From: Sulfurimonas sp.
GTDB taxonomy: Bacteria > Campylobacterota > Campylobacteria > Campylobacterales > Sulfurimonadaceae
Reading direction: 5' to 3'
Assembly: GCF_023229105.1 (NCBI RefSeq)
Contig: NZ_JALNZY010000001.1
Span: forward strand, 1,938-65,937
DNA: 64,000 bases
Shown: piece by piece, positions 29,506 to 37,902 of the stretch
How the letters are laid out: the number at the start of each line of letters is the position of its first letter
Numbering within the stretch: position 1 is the stretch's first letter
The notes under the pieces: generated by a model
What the model saw: the letters and a program-made list of their open reading frames with translations, nothing else
What the model was told of the DNA's origin: nothing
Databases searched by the model: none
Program-made: the position numbers and the translations under genes

Positions 29506-30249
29506 ATGATTAGTAATAAAATCAAAGTTATTCTGTTTGCATCAATGTTAGGTGCCTCGTCTGTATTTGCTGGTCCGATTAGTGGTAGTCCGCATGACTT
29601 GTCCGCTCTTGCTGGATTAGATAGTTCAACTGCTGACAATGGGGAGATATGTGTATATTGTCATACGCCTCACGCGGCAAACTCCGCTTTTACAGGTGCG
29701 CCTTTGTGGAACAAGGCTACTCCAGCGGGAACATTTGATATGTATGGTGCAACAATAGCAGGAACAAATACAGAGGCAGCTCCGGCGAGTCCGTCTTTAG
29801 CATGCCTTAGCTGTCATGATGGTGTTAGTGCGATAGACTCTATTGTAAATGCACCCGGTTCTGGTATGAAATCAGTAACTGGATCTAAAGACATAGTAAC
29901 TGGTCTTGCGACTCAGTATGGCGGGAACATAGGTGGTCCGCTAAATGCTACGACTACGGGTAACCCTGATTTGACAAACGATCATCCTGTATCGATTATA
30001 TATACAGAGGGTAAAGCTGGACTTAGAGCGACTACTGTAAATCTTGCAACACTAGGTGATAATATTGCTTGGTTGGGTGCTACAACTATTGGAGATTTGC
30101 TTCGCGGGCCTACAAATGATCAAGTAGAGTGCGGTAGTTGTCATGATCCACATAACGGTGGAAATGATCAAGCAACAGCTACTGAAGTTAACTTCCTTCG
30201 CCATACAAATAAAAACAGCTACCTTTGTCTAGGTTGCCACAATAAATAA
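29506..30249 (+). CDS. secreted tetraheme cytochrome c, OmcE-like (candidate nanowire subunit)
   Basis: Sec signal (SVFA/G); PHDLS, EICVYCHTPH, PLWN, CLSCHDG, DLTNDHPV, VECGSCHDPH, FLR, LCLGCH. This order matches my recollection of Geobacter OmcE. Confidence 0.8.
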   Translation: MISNKIKVILFASMLGASSVFAGPISGSPHDLSALAGLDSSTADNGEICVYCHTPHAANSAFTGAPLWNKATPAGTFDMYGATIAGTNTEAAPASPSLACLSCHDGVSAIDSIVNAPGSGMKSVTGSKDIVTGLATQYGGNIGGPLNATTTGNPDLTNDHPVSIIYTEGKAGLRATTVNLATLGDNIAWLGATTIGDLLRGPTNDQVECGSCHDPHNGGNDQATATEVNFLRHTNKNSYLCLGCHNK

Positions 30250-30253
30250 TATT

Positions 30254-30280
30254 CAGTAGAGAGGTTCTTCCTCCCTGCTG
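30254..30280 (+). terminator. imperfect hairpin terminator after the OmcE-like gene
   Basis: CAGTAGAGAGG-ttctt-CCTCCCTGCTG followed by a T-rich tract. Confidence 0.55.
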
Positions 30281-30306
30281 TCTTCATTTTCCCATTATAC
30301 TTTCTT

Positions 30307-30315
30307 TGTTATAAT
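30307..30315 (+). promoter_or_regulatory. extended -10 promoter of the NHL/PPIase/barrel operon
   Basis: TGTTATAAT 33 bp upstream of the ATG at 30348. Confidence 0.6.
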
Positions 30316-30347
30316 GCAATATTATTATATCAAAGTCGGAGTCTTAT

Positions 30348-31451
30348 ATGAAAATCATCTTTCTTTCAATTCAAGTTATTATAATGTTCTTTTTTCAGGC
30401 TTGTGCTACCAAAGAGGTTGAAGTAGAAAAAATTATAACATTTCCTCAATATCCACAAACACCAAAAATACTGTATCTAACCACATACAGAGGTGGTGCA
30501 AAAGAGGATAAGTCAAGTGCATTAGATGTTTTTTTGGGTGAAAAAAAGAGTGAAAAAAAGGTTTCAAACATCATCAAGCCATATGGTGTTGGACTTCAAG
30601 ATGGCAAAGTGTATGTTGCGGATACAGGTTCGGATGCAGTATTTGTAATAGATGAGAATAGCAGAGAGCTTAAGTTTATAGGCAACGGTATAGTAGGCAG
30701 ACTTGCTGCACCTGTTGGAATTGCATTTGATAGAGATAAAAATTTATATGTAAGTGATTCGCGTGAGAGAAAAATAAACGGCTATAACTTAAACGGAGAG
30801 CTAAATTTTGTTCTTGGGGATAGAATGGAGTTTGCAAGCCCTACGGGAATTGCAGTAGATAAAAAACAGCACAGACTTTATGTTGTAGATACAAAAGCGC
30901 ATCAGTTTAAAGCTTACGATATTGCTACAAAAGAGCTTCTGTATAGCGTAGGTCAAAGAGGCACAAATGATGCAGAGTTTAACTTTCCTACAAACATTGC
31001 AGTAGATCAAAGAAATGGAAATATAGTAGTTGTAGATACACAAAACTTTCGAGTACAAATATTTGATAAAGATGGAAAATTTATAAGCAAGTTTGGAAAT
31101 ATCGGCAATAAGCCGGGAACATTTGCAAGACCAAAAGGTGTCGGTATTGACAGTGAGGGTAACATTTATATAGCTGATAGCGCGTTTAACAATATTCAGA
31201 TATTTGATGAGAAGGGAAGCGCACTGCTTATGTTTTTTGGCGGTGGGGGTTATGGTCCAACTCAGTTTCGTCTAGTTACTGGAGTATATATAGATGAGAA
31301 TGACAAGATAATAGTTGCTGATGGTTTTAGCGGAAGAGTACAGACATTTCAGTATATTAGTGAGAAATGGAAAGAGAACAATCCTCAGAAATATAGTGAA
31401 ATTACTGCTCCTCCAAATCTAGAATCGGATAATAAAACAGAAAAAAAGTAG
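30348..31451 (+). CDS. NHL-repeat (6-bladed beta-propeller) lipoprotein
   Basis: Lipobox FQAC; repeats PYGVG/PVGIA/PTGIA/PTNIA/PKGVG...YVADT, FNFP, NFRVQIFD. Confidence 0.92.
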   Translation: MKIIFLSIQVIIMFFFQACATKEVEVEKIITFPQYPQTPKILYLTTYRGGAKEDKSSALDVFLGEKKSEKKVSNIIKPYGVGLQDGKVYVADTGSDAVFVIDENSRELKFIGNGIVGRLAAPVGIAFDRDKNLYVSDSRERKINGYNLNGELNFVLGDRMEFASPTGIAVDKKQHRLYVVDTKAHQFKAYDIATKELLYSVGQRGTNDAEFNFPTNIAVDQRNGNIVVVDTQNFRVQIFDKDGKFISKFGNIGNKPGTFARPKGVGIDSEGNIYIADSAFNNIQIFDEKGSALLMFFGGGGYGPTQFRLVTGVYIDENDKIIVADGFSGRVQTFQYISEKWKENNPQKYSEITAPPNLESDNKTEKK

Positions 31452-31460
31452 GGTGGGGTT

Positions 31461-32396
31461 TTGAATAAAGTATTTTTAATAGCCGTTTTAGGCACATTTT
31501 TATACGCAGGTAAGATACTGTTACCGGAATCTACGGTTGCAGTTGTCAATGGTACTGCTATTTCAGTAGATGAGAGAGACAAAGAGGTTGGAAAACTGCT
31601 TCCAAAAGCATATTTTCACTCAAGCGTAAATGCTGAAAAGCTAAAAGATTTACAAGAAAAAGCACTGGAAACATTGATTGAAAAAACACTGCTTTATACT
31701 TATGCTGTTTCAAAAAATATAAAAACAAGTGAGAGTGAAGTAGATGAAGTTATGACAAATCTCGCTGCAACTTACGGCTCTAAAGAAAAGCTAGAAGAAG
31801 CAGTGAAGCAGCTTGGATTTACAAAAGAGACTTTTAGAGAAGTTGTTAAAAAAGATGAAACACTAAAAAAACTTTATAAAAAAGAGATAAAGAGTGATAT
31901 TAGCGATAGAGCGCTAAGAGACTATTATGAAAAAAATAGCTACAAATTTAAAGAACCTGAAAAGATAAGAGTTAGACTGATACATATAAGAAACAACCCT
32001 GAAGATCCAGAAGGCAAAAGCAAAGCAAAAAAGAGAGTTGATGATGCAATGGCAGAGATAAAAAAGGGGACTCCTTTTGCAGATGTAGCGGCAAAATACT
32101 CTACTGCTATGAGCCGCATTAAAGGCGGAGATATGGGATTCCTTCATAGAGGAAGACTGGAAGTAGCGGTTGAAGATGCTGCTTTTTCTATGGAAATTGG
32201 GCAAACAAGTGAGATTATAGAACAAGATATCGGTTTTTTTATAGTAAAAGTGGAAGATAAAGCCCTATCAAATCAGCTCTCTTTTGAAGAAGTCAAAGAT
32301 GGACTTAAGAAGGATTTAAAAACCAAAGAAGAAGATGAAAAAAAAGCAAAACTACTTGAGAGGCTAATGCTAAATTCGGTGATTGTGAAACAATAG
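31461..32396 (+). CDS. periplasmic parvulin-type peptidyl-prolyl isomerase / SurA-PrsA-like chaperone
   Basis: VAVVNGTAIS SurA-N pattern; VRLIHI, FADVAAKYS, KGGDMGF rotamase motifs. Confidence 0.9.
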   Translation: MNKVFLIAVLGTFLYAGKILLPESTVAVVNGTAISVDERDKEVGKLLPKAYFHSSVNAEKLKDLQEKALETLIEKTLLYTYAVSKNIKTSESEVDEVMTNLAATYGSKEKLEEAVKQLGFTKETFREVVKKDETLKKLYKKEIKSDISDRALRDYYEKNSYKFKEPEKIRVRLIHIRNNPEDPEGKSKAKKRVDDAMAEIKKGTPFADVAAKYSTAMSRIKGGDMGFLHRGRLEVAVEDAAFSMEIGQTSEIIEQDIGFFIVKVEDKALSNQLSFEEVKDGLKKDLKTKEEDEKKAKLLERLMLNSVIVKQ

Positions 32397-32397
32397 C

Positions 32398-34179
32398 GTG
32401 TTACAAAAAAAAACCCTATGTTGCCTCTGTCTAACCCTTGCATTAGTCTCAAGGCTTGCGGCAAATGATTATCCCGATGGTGGACTTTATGGAAGCCTAA
32501 ATTATCTATATATTCAAGATGATTATACCAATAGCGGAAGAGAGAACTCAAAAGAGAACTTTTTACAAGAGTATAAAATGGGGTACAAAGGCAATATCTA
32601 TAGTCCACGTCTGCTTGACTACTCACTTGAAGGTCTTATTAGATTTGATACAGAAAAACTTCAAAGAGACAAAGAGACATCAAAGCGTAAAACTTACGGG
32701 GAAGATTATAAAGCATATCTTGATTTTATCAAAGACACAAAAGTTCCTTTTACTATTTATGCGAATAAAACACAAAGACCGGTAAATACGGTTTATAGCG
32801 CTTACTCAACAAATTATCAGTATGAGACAAGCGGCGAGGGAGTAACCGGTTCTTTAAAATTTGAACCGTATATGGTTACATATGGGGCTACTACAATAAA
32901 AACAGTGGCAGAGTTCAGCGACAGACTGCAAGATTCTCGAACTACAACTTACAGTAGTTCATTTCGTTATAACAAAGAAAAGCATAACGTACAAGCAAAC
33001 TATTCACACTCCATATTGGAAAATGAACAAAACTATATTAACGATGAAATTACGAGCATTAATCAAGTCAAAGATATATTTGCAATATCTCATAACTGGA
33101 AAGCTTCTGATGCTTTTAATATAGATTCTACTGCATCATATGAAAATGATGAATATTATGCAAGAGAGACTATGGATGCAGGCGTGAATCTAAACTATAG
33201 ACCAAAAAATGCCGACTATGACACTTACTTATCGTTTCTTGGAACGACAATGGAGTATGGAGATTTAACAGGGGGTGAAAAATATATTTTTGACTCGTTA
33301 AACATTAATCAAGGAGTTAACTACAGGGTAACTCCGAGTATTACTTTATCAGAGTCTGCCATGGCATATTTATATGATAGCACGACCTCAAGTGGCAGCA
33401 ATTCGTATGTTAATTTAGATGCTACTCACAACTATGCAACTACTATATTTTCAGATGTTTCTTTTACTCTTGTAAGCAGGGTGGGTGTGCAAAAAAATGA
33501 TTCTATAGTAAAAACCATCTTAGATGCAAACTCAACCACTACAAAAACAAGTACAGAGAGATATAACATTCAGCTCACCGCTAGAGGGAGAAAAAATTTC
33601 CCTTCTATCAATTCAAATTTAAATATAGACAGTGGCTACTATCACTCTTTGTACTCTACAAAAAGAGAAGAGCAGAGATATAACTTTGGGCTCTATTTTT
33701 TGTCAAAAATTTTTAGTATCGTAAATAATAATATTACTGCCAGATACAGTCATACAAATACTATCCCTGCGCCTTCTTTAATTACGCCAGAAGGAAGAAG
33801 CAGCTATTCAACGACAAATATAATGGAGTCTTTAGATTTTCATTTTAGACTTGGCGCAAGAGGACGAATCAGATTTAGAGTTGGAGCAGAATATGTAAAC
33901 ACAAAAACTGATAATGAAACCAACAGCCGTGTTGACCCAAGAGCAGAGATGAATATGAACTATAGGTTTTTCAATAACTGGATGTTTGATGCTTCCGCAA
34001 GGATAAACGAAGCATACAATACTCTTGAGCATTCAGGAAATGCAAATTTGACATTCAAAGCAGGAAAAACTAGTTTTTTAATGGGATATCAGTATAATAA
34101 GAGTGAGATAGAGAGTGTTTTAAACACAATACAAAATGAGCGTTCAACTTTTAGAGTACAGTTGACGCGGACATTTTAA
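32398..34179 (+). CDS. large outer-membrane beta-barrel protein (porin-cytochrome conduit or secretion pore candidate)
   Basis: GTG start, signal peptide, Tyr/Asn/Ser-rich alternating strands throughout, C-terminal FRVQLTRTF beta-signal, no CXXCH. Confidence 0.8.
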   Translation: MLQKKTLCCLCLTLALVSRLAANDYPDGGLYGSLNYLYIQDDYTNSGRENSKENFLQEYKMGYKGNIYSPRLLDYSLEGLIRFDTEKLQRDKETSKRKTYGEDYKAYLDFIKDTKVPFTIYANKTQRPVNTVYSAYSTNYQYETSGEGVTGSLKFEPYMVTYGATTIKTVAEFSDRLQDSRTTTYSSSFRYNKEKHNVQANYSHSILENEQNYINDEITSINQVKDIFAISHNWKASDAFNIDSTASYENDEYYARETMDAGVNLNYRPKNADYDTYLSFLGTTMEYGDLTGGEKYIFDSLNINQGVNYRVTPSITLSESAMAYLYDSTTSSGSNSYVNLDATHNYATTIFSDVSFTLVSRVGVQKNDSIVKTILDANSTTTKTSTERYNIQLTARGRKNFPSINSNLNIDSGYYHSLYSTKREEQRYNFGLYFLSKIFSIVNNNITARYSHTNTIPAPSLITPEGRSSYSTTNIMESLDFHFRLGARGRIRFRVGAEYVNTKTDNETNSRVDPRAEMNMNYRFFNNWMFDASARINEAYNTLEHSGNANLTFKAGKTSFLMGYQYNKSEIESVLNTIQNERSTFRVQLTRTF

Positions 34180-34192
34180 AGGGGAAAAAGAG

Positions 34193-35203
34193 ATGAAAAT
34201 TTTTTTATATATGCTGGTTTTTATAGGGGGCTTCAATACTTTTTATGCTCAAGAGAGAGTAAAATTGGTATGGCCACCGCCGCCGGATGAGGCCAAAATA
34301 GAGTTTGTCTCTTCTATCCATAATTCTGATGATTTAGGGATAAAAAAAGGTTTTTTTTCAAAGGCTTTTGATTTTTTATTCGGTAAAGAGGAGAGAAGCC
34401 TCCGAGCTCCGTTTGGTGTTCACGCTCATGAAGAGAGAGTTTATACGACCGATATAGCTACAAAATCACTCTATATATTTGATAAAAAAAAGAATAATAT
34501 GATTACGATTAGCGGTTCTAAAAAGGAGCAGTTTTTATATCCTATAGATATTACGACTGATGAGAGTGGAAATATTTATGTCTCAGACTCCGTAAGAGCT
34601 AAAATATATGTCTTTGAAAAAGATGGAGATTACAAATACTCTATAGAGCCAAAAATGCTGCAAAGACCGGTTGGAATTGCTATAAGCCCAGATAAAAAAC
34701 TCTATATCGTAGATGCGCTCTCAAGCCAGATACACGTAACTTCTCTAAAAGGGGACTACTTAGGATCTATCGGCAAAAACGGCACAGGCGATGGAGAGTT
34801 TAACAGACCTACCTTTATGGATATCGGTCATGATGGAAAGCTTTATGTGTCTGACTCTATGAATCATCGTGTGCAGATACTCGGTAGTGATGGAGGGTTT
34901 ATAGATAAATTTGGTAAGTTAGGGCAAGAGATAGGGAACTTTGGTAGTCCTAGGGGTATCTCGATAGATAGTGATGAGAATATTTATGTATGTGATACGA
35001 TGTTTAACAATATACAGATTTTTAATCAAAAAAAAGAGCTATTAATGGTGCTTGGTCGTTATGGAGATAAAAGAGGCGAATTTGCCCTAGCAGAAGATAT
35101 TTCAATAACAAAAGATAATATAATATATGTAACAGATACCAATAATAACCGCATTCAACTCTTTAAGCTTATTAACTCAGCACAGATAAGGAGTTTAAAA
35201 TGA
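34193..35203 (+). CDS. second NHL-repeat beta-propeller protein
   Basis: Signal peptide; PFGV/PIDI/PVGI/RPT/PRGI repeats, GEFNRP, NHRVQI, NNRIQLF. Confidence 0.92.
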   Translation: MKIFLYMLVFIGGFNTFYAQERVKLVWPPPPDEAKIEFVSSIHNSDDLGIKKGFFSKAFDFLFGKEERSLRAPFGVHAHEERVYTTDIATKSLYIFDKKKNNMITISGSKKEQFLYPIDITTDESGNIYVSDSVRAKIYVFEKDGDYKYSIEPKMLQRPVGIAISPDKKLYIVDALSSQIHVTSLKGDYLGSIGKNGTGDGEFNRPTFMDIGHDGKLYVSDSMNHRVQILGSDGGFIDKFGKLGQEIGNFGSPRGISIDSDENIYVCDTMFNNIQIFNQKKELLMVLGRYGDKRGEFALAEDISITKDNIIYVTDTNNNRIQLFKLINSAQIRSLK

Positions 35204-37260
35204 AATCTTTAATAATTACTTTATTGGTTTTTTTGTTTTTTTCAACCATTGAGTCGGCAGCCTCGATTGTAAATACAAAGCATAACCTCTCGGTAACAAG
35301 TGCTGTAGGAAACATAAAAGCTACGAGTGAAACTGAGGTTTGCGTCTTTTGTCATATACCGCATTTCTCACAGACTATTGGAAAGCCGCTTTGGAACAGA
35401 AGTATGCCCACAACAGACTATGTTATGTATGATAGTGATTATCTAAGACGGATGGGTTACCCTTCAATTGCCTCAGACCTTGGCTCGGCAAATGATACTC
35501 CGGGGGCACTCTCTCGTCAATGTCTTAGTTGTCATGATGGAACGATTGCCGTCGGTGCAGTCTCAAAACTTAGACGTGATTATGATGGCTCCTCAACAAT
35601 AGATATGAGCGGTGATGCCCCCGATGGAACCATACCCGATACAGCAGTAGGATTTATAGGCGCGGATCTCTCAAATCATCATCCCGTAGGAGTTGTCTAT
35701 GACCCGACAATAAGTAAAACCTTTGGCAATGGCGGAATCCGCTCAATGGAGCTAAAAGCAATACCAGACGCTCCTATAAAACTTTATGAGTATGCAGGAT
35801 ACAGCGGAAAATATGTAGAGTGTTCCTCCTGCCATAATCCGCATAAAGAGAATAGTAAGTTTTTACACTATGACAGCGGGGCAAACCATGGGCAAAATTT
35901 TGTAGGCACATGTACATCTTGTCATGAAAAAACGGATTGGACAGGGAGTGTGCACCAAAATCCTCCAGGTAATCCAACATATACCGATGCAGAACTTATT
36001 GCAAGATATGGAACTGGTGCTGTAAAAGAGCTTGGGTGTGCAAATTGTCATGTGCCTCACAACGGGGAGGGTGTAGGATACTTAAATAGACAGGTTAACG
36101 AGCAGACATGTTTTCAAGGAGCTGCCTCTACTGAGGGTGGTGCTGCTTGTCATGGTGTCGGCGGGGCAAAAGATATAAAGTCTATTTTAAGCAGATTATA
36201 TACTCATCCTGTCTTGGCGGAGGATAATATTGTGGGAACTCAGCATACAAATCTTGATACGCTCTATGGAACAGGCAATCTTGACCCGCTTGCTATAAAA
36301 GGGATGGACTGGGAAACAAATAAACATGCTGTTTGTATGGATTGTCACAATCCGCACCGTGCACGTGCCGGCACACATATAGTTGACGGTTCATGGTATG
36401 GCGTGCCCGGAGGATCTACAAATCTTGTCTCAAATGTACTTAAGGGAGTCTCCGGTATTGAGCCAACATGGCCGCCAGAATGGACACAGCCGACTACATT
36501 TACAACCATGGAGAGTTCAGAGAAGGAGTACCAAATCTGTTTTAAATGTCACTCATATTGGGGAATAGGTCTTGTAGCTAATAAATATGCTCCTTCAACT
36601 TATACTTCAGCAGGCGGTACTTTGCTTACGGATGTGGCATGGGAGATGAATATAAACAATAAATCTGGACACCCTGTTGTTATAAATTCTCTTGGAAGAA
36701 GTGGTGCTTATGCTCCAAAGGAGCTTGATACAATTCAGCTGCTTACGCCGTGGAAAGAGAATCCAGGGCTTAACACTATGTACTGTTCTGATTGTCACGG
36801 AGCCGATAATGAGCTTGGAGGCGACCCAAAAGGTCCTCATGGCTCAAACTTAAAGTATATTCTTAAAGGTGTAAATCAACACTGGCCGATGAAGCCAGAT
36901 GGTATTACTCTTTACACTATGGATGATTTGAAAAACAATACTGCCCAAGAGCTATTTTGCGCAAACTGCCATGACCCTAAGGAGCCACATACTACATGGT
37001 GGAATAAGATGGCAAACAAAGGTTACCAATGCGTTCAGTGCCATGTAGCAATACCGCATGGTTCTTCTGTTTCTAGACTGGTTGGATATCAGGGTTGGCC
37101 GGCGCCATATAATTATCAAGGGAATAAGTTGACTATGATTGGATATCGAAAAAATGCTTACACGCTTGTTGACCCGCGGGATGCATATGCTACGCATGCA
37201 GGTGGTGGCAGCTGTCATACCACAAATGCCGGTGGTTATGACTTGAACTTGATGCCGTAG
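35200..37260 (+). CDS. secreted multiheme cytochrome c: OmcE-like tetraheme module plus C-terminal extension (10 CXXCH + CX12CH)
   Basis: Signal peptide; SIVNTKHNLS...EVCVFCHIPH...PLWNR...CLSCHDG...DLSNHHPV...VECSSCHNPH...FL...CTSCH, then 7 further sites. Confidence 0.85.
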   Translation: MKSLIITLLVFLFFSTIESAASIVNTKHNLSVTSAVGNIKATSETEVCVFCHIPHFSQTIGKPLWNRSMPTTDYVMYDSDYLRRMGYPSIASDLGSANDTPGALSRQCLSCHDGTIAVGAVSKLRRDYDGSSTIDMSGDAPDGTIPDTAVGFIGADLSNHHPVGVVYDPTISKTFGNGGIRSMELKAIPDAPIKLYEYAGYSGKYVECSSCHNPHKENSKFLHYDSGANHGQNFVGTCTSCHEKTDWTGSVHQNPPGNPTYTDAELIARYGTGAVKELGCANCHVPHNGEGVGYLNRQVNEQTCFQGAASTEGGAACHGVGGAKDIKSILSRLYTHPVLAEDNIVGTQHTNLDTLYGTGNLDPLAIKGMDWETNKHAVCMDCHNPHRARAGTHIVDGSWYGVPGGSTNLVSNVLKGVSGIEPTWPPEWTQPTTFTTMESSEKEYQICFKCHSYWGIGLVANKYAPSTYTSAGGTLLTDVAWEMNINNKSGHPVVINSLGRSGAYAPKELDTIQLLTPWKENPGLNTMYCSDCHGADNELGGDPKGPHGSNLKYILKGVNQHWPMKPDGITLYTMDDLKNNTAQELFCANCHDPKEPHTTWWNKMANKGYQCVQCHVAIPHGSSVSRLVGYQGWPAPYNYQGNKLTMIGYRKNAYTLVDPRDAYATHAGGGSCHTTNAGGYDLNLMP

Positions 37261-37267
37261 GTGTAAG

Positions 37268-37807
37268 ATGAGATTTTTTTTATTAATATTACTATTTTTA
37301 GTGCAGCTTTGTTTTGCTAGCTCAAATGTAAATGATGATAAACGCATAAAAGATTCGTTGTTGAAATATAACTATGGAATCATCAAGATGACAAATAGCG
37401 GCAATACAAAACTTTTAAAAGATATGCTCTCTCAAGAGGTATATTTTAAGTTGATGGTTTGGGCAGACTCTTGGAAGTTCAGCAATCTTGCCATGGTTGC
37501 GCAGATAAATGACTTAAGGTTCTCTCCGATTGCTTACAATGAGAATAATGCCACCATAAGAACTATGGAGAACTGGACATTTGGGTATGCTGACTTGGTA
37601 AAGAGAGATTATGCATTAAAACCTATGACAATCTTTTATAAGATGAAATATACGCTAAAAAAACATCATGGGGAGTGGATAATAGTTGCTGTTGAAAATC
37701 TTCAAGAGGAGGTTTTTACGGAGCCAAATACGCATGAGACATCTTTGCTAGAAAAAAAAGAGAAGCCAAAAGAGGAGGCTGTGCAAGGAAAAATAGAGAC
37801 ACATTAA
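37268..37807 (+). CDS. exported hypothetical protein, NTF2/SnoaL-like fold suspected
   Basis: Signal peptide; ATIRTMENWTFGY...YKMKYTLKKHHGEWIIVAV pattern. Confidence 0.55.
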   Translation: MRFFLLILLFLVQLCFASSNVNDDKRIKDSLLKYNYGIIKMTNSGNTKLLKDMLSQEVYFKLMVWADSWKFSNLAMVAQINDLRFSPIAYNENNATIRTMENWTFGYADLVKRDYALKPMTIFYKMKYTLKKHHGEWIIVAVENLQEEVFTEPNTHETSLLEKKEKPKEEAVQGKIETH

Positions 37808-37861
37808 CCGTTGCGTAATAACTCTGTGATAGACTCCCTGCTTCATAAAAGTATTACAAAC

Positions 37862-37870
37862 TGTTATAAT
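37862..37870 (+). promoter_or_regulatory. extended -10 promoter of ccsBA
   Basis: TGTTATAAT 33 bp upstream of the ATG at 37903. Confidence 0.6.
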
Positions 37871-37902
37871 ACTTTGCAAGATTTAAAACTTTAAGGACAA
37901 GT

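Noticed and set aside
32404-32413. Poly-A tract at the start of the barrel gene as a phase-variation switch
   Set aside because: A/T runs of this length are common in this AT-rich genome; phase variation in this lineage mostly uses poly-G/C tracts, and the frame is intact.
32398-34179. Calling the barrel MtrB/PioB or Cyc2
   Set aside because: It has no N-terminal heme motif (so not Cyc2), and I cannot recognise MtrB-specific motifs; left as a generic large barrel.
29506-37260. Calling the secreted cytochromes OmcS or OmcZ
   Set aside because: Heme counts (4 and about 11) and motif order fit OmcE; the OmcS N-terminal FH...CEGCH hexaheme pattern is absent. No gene symbol was given because orthology is untested.
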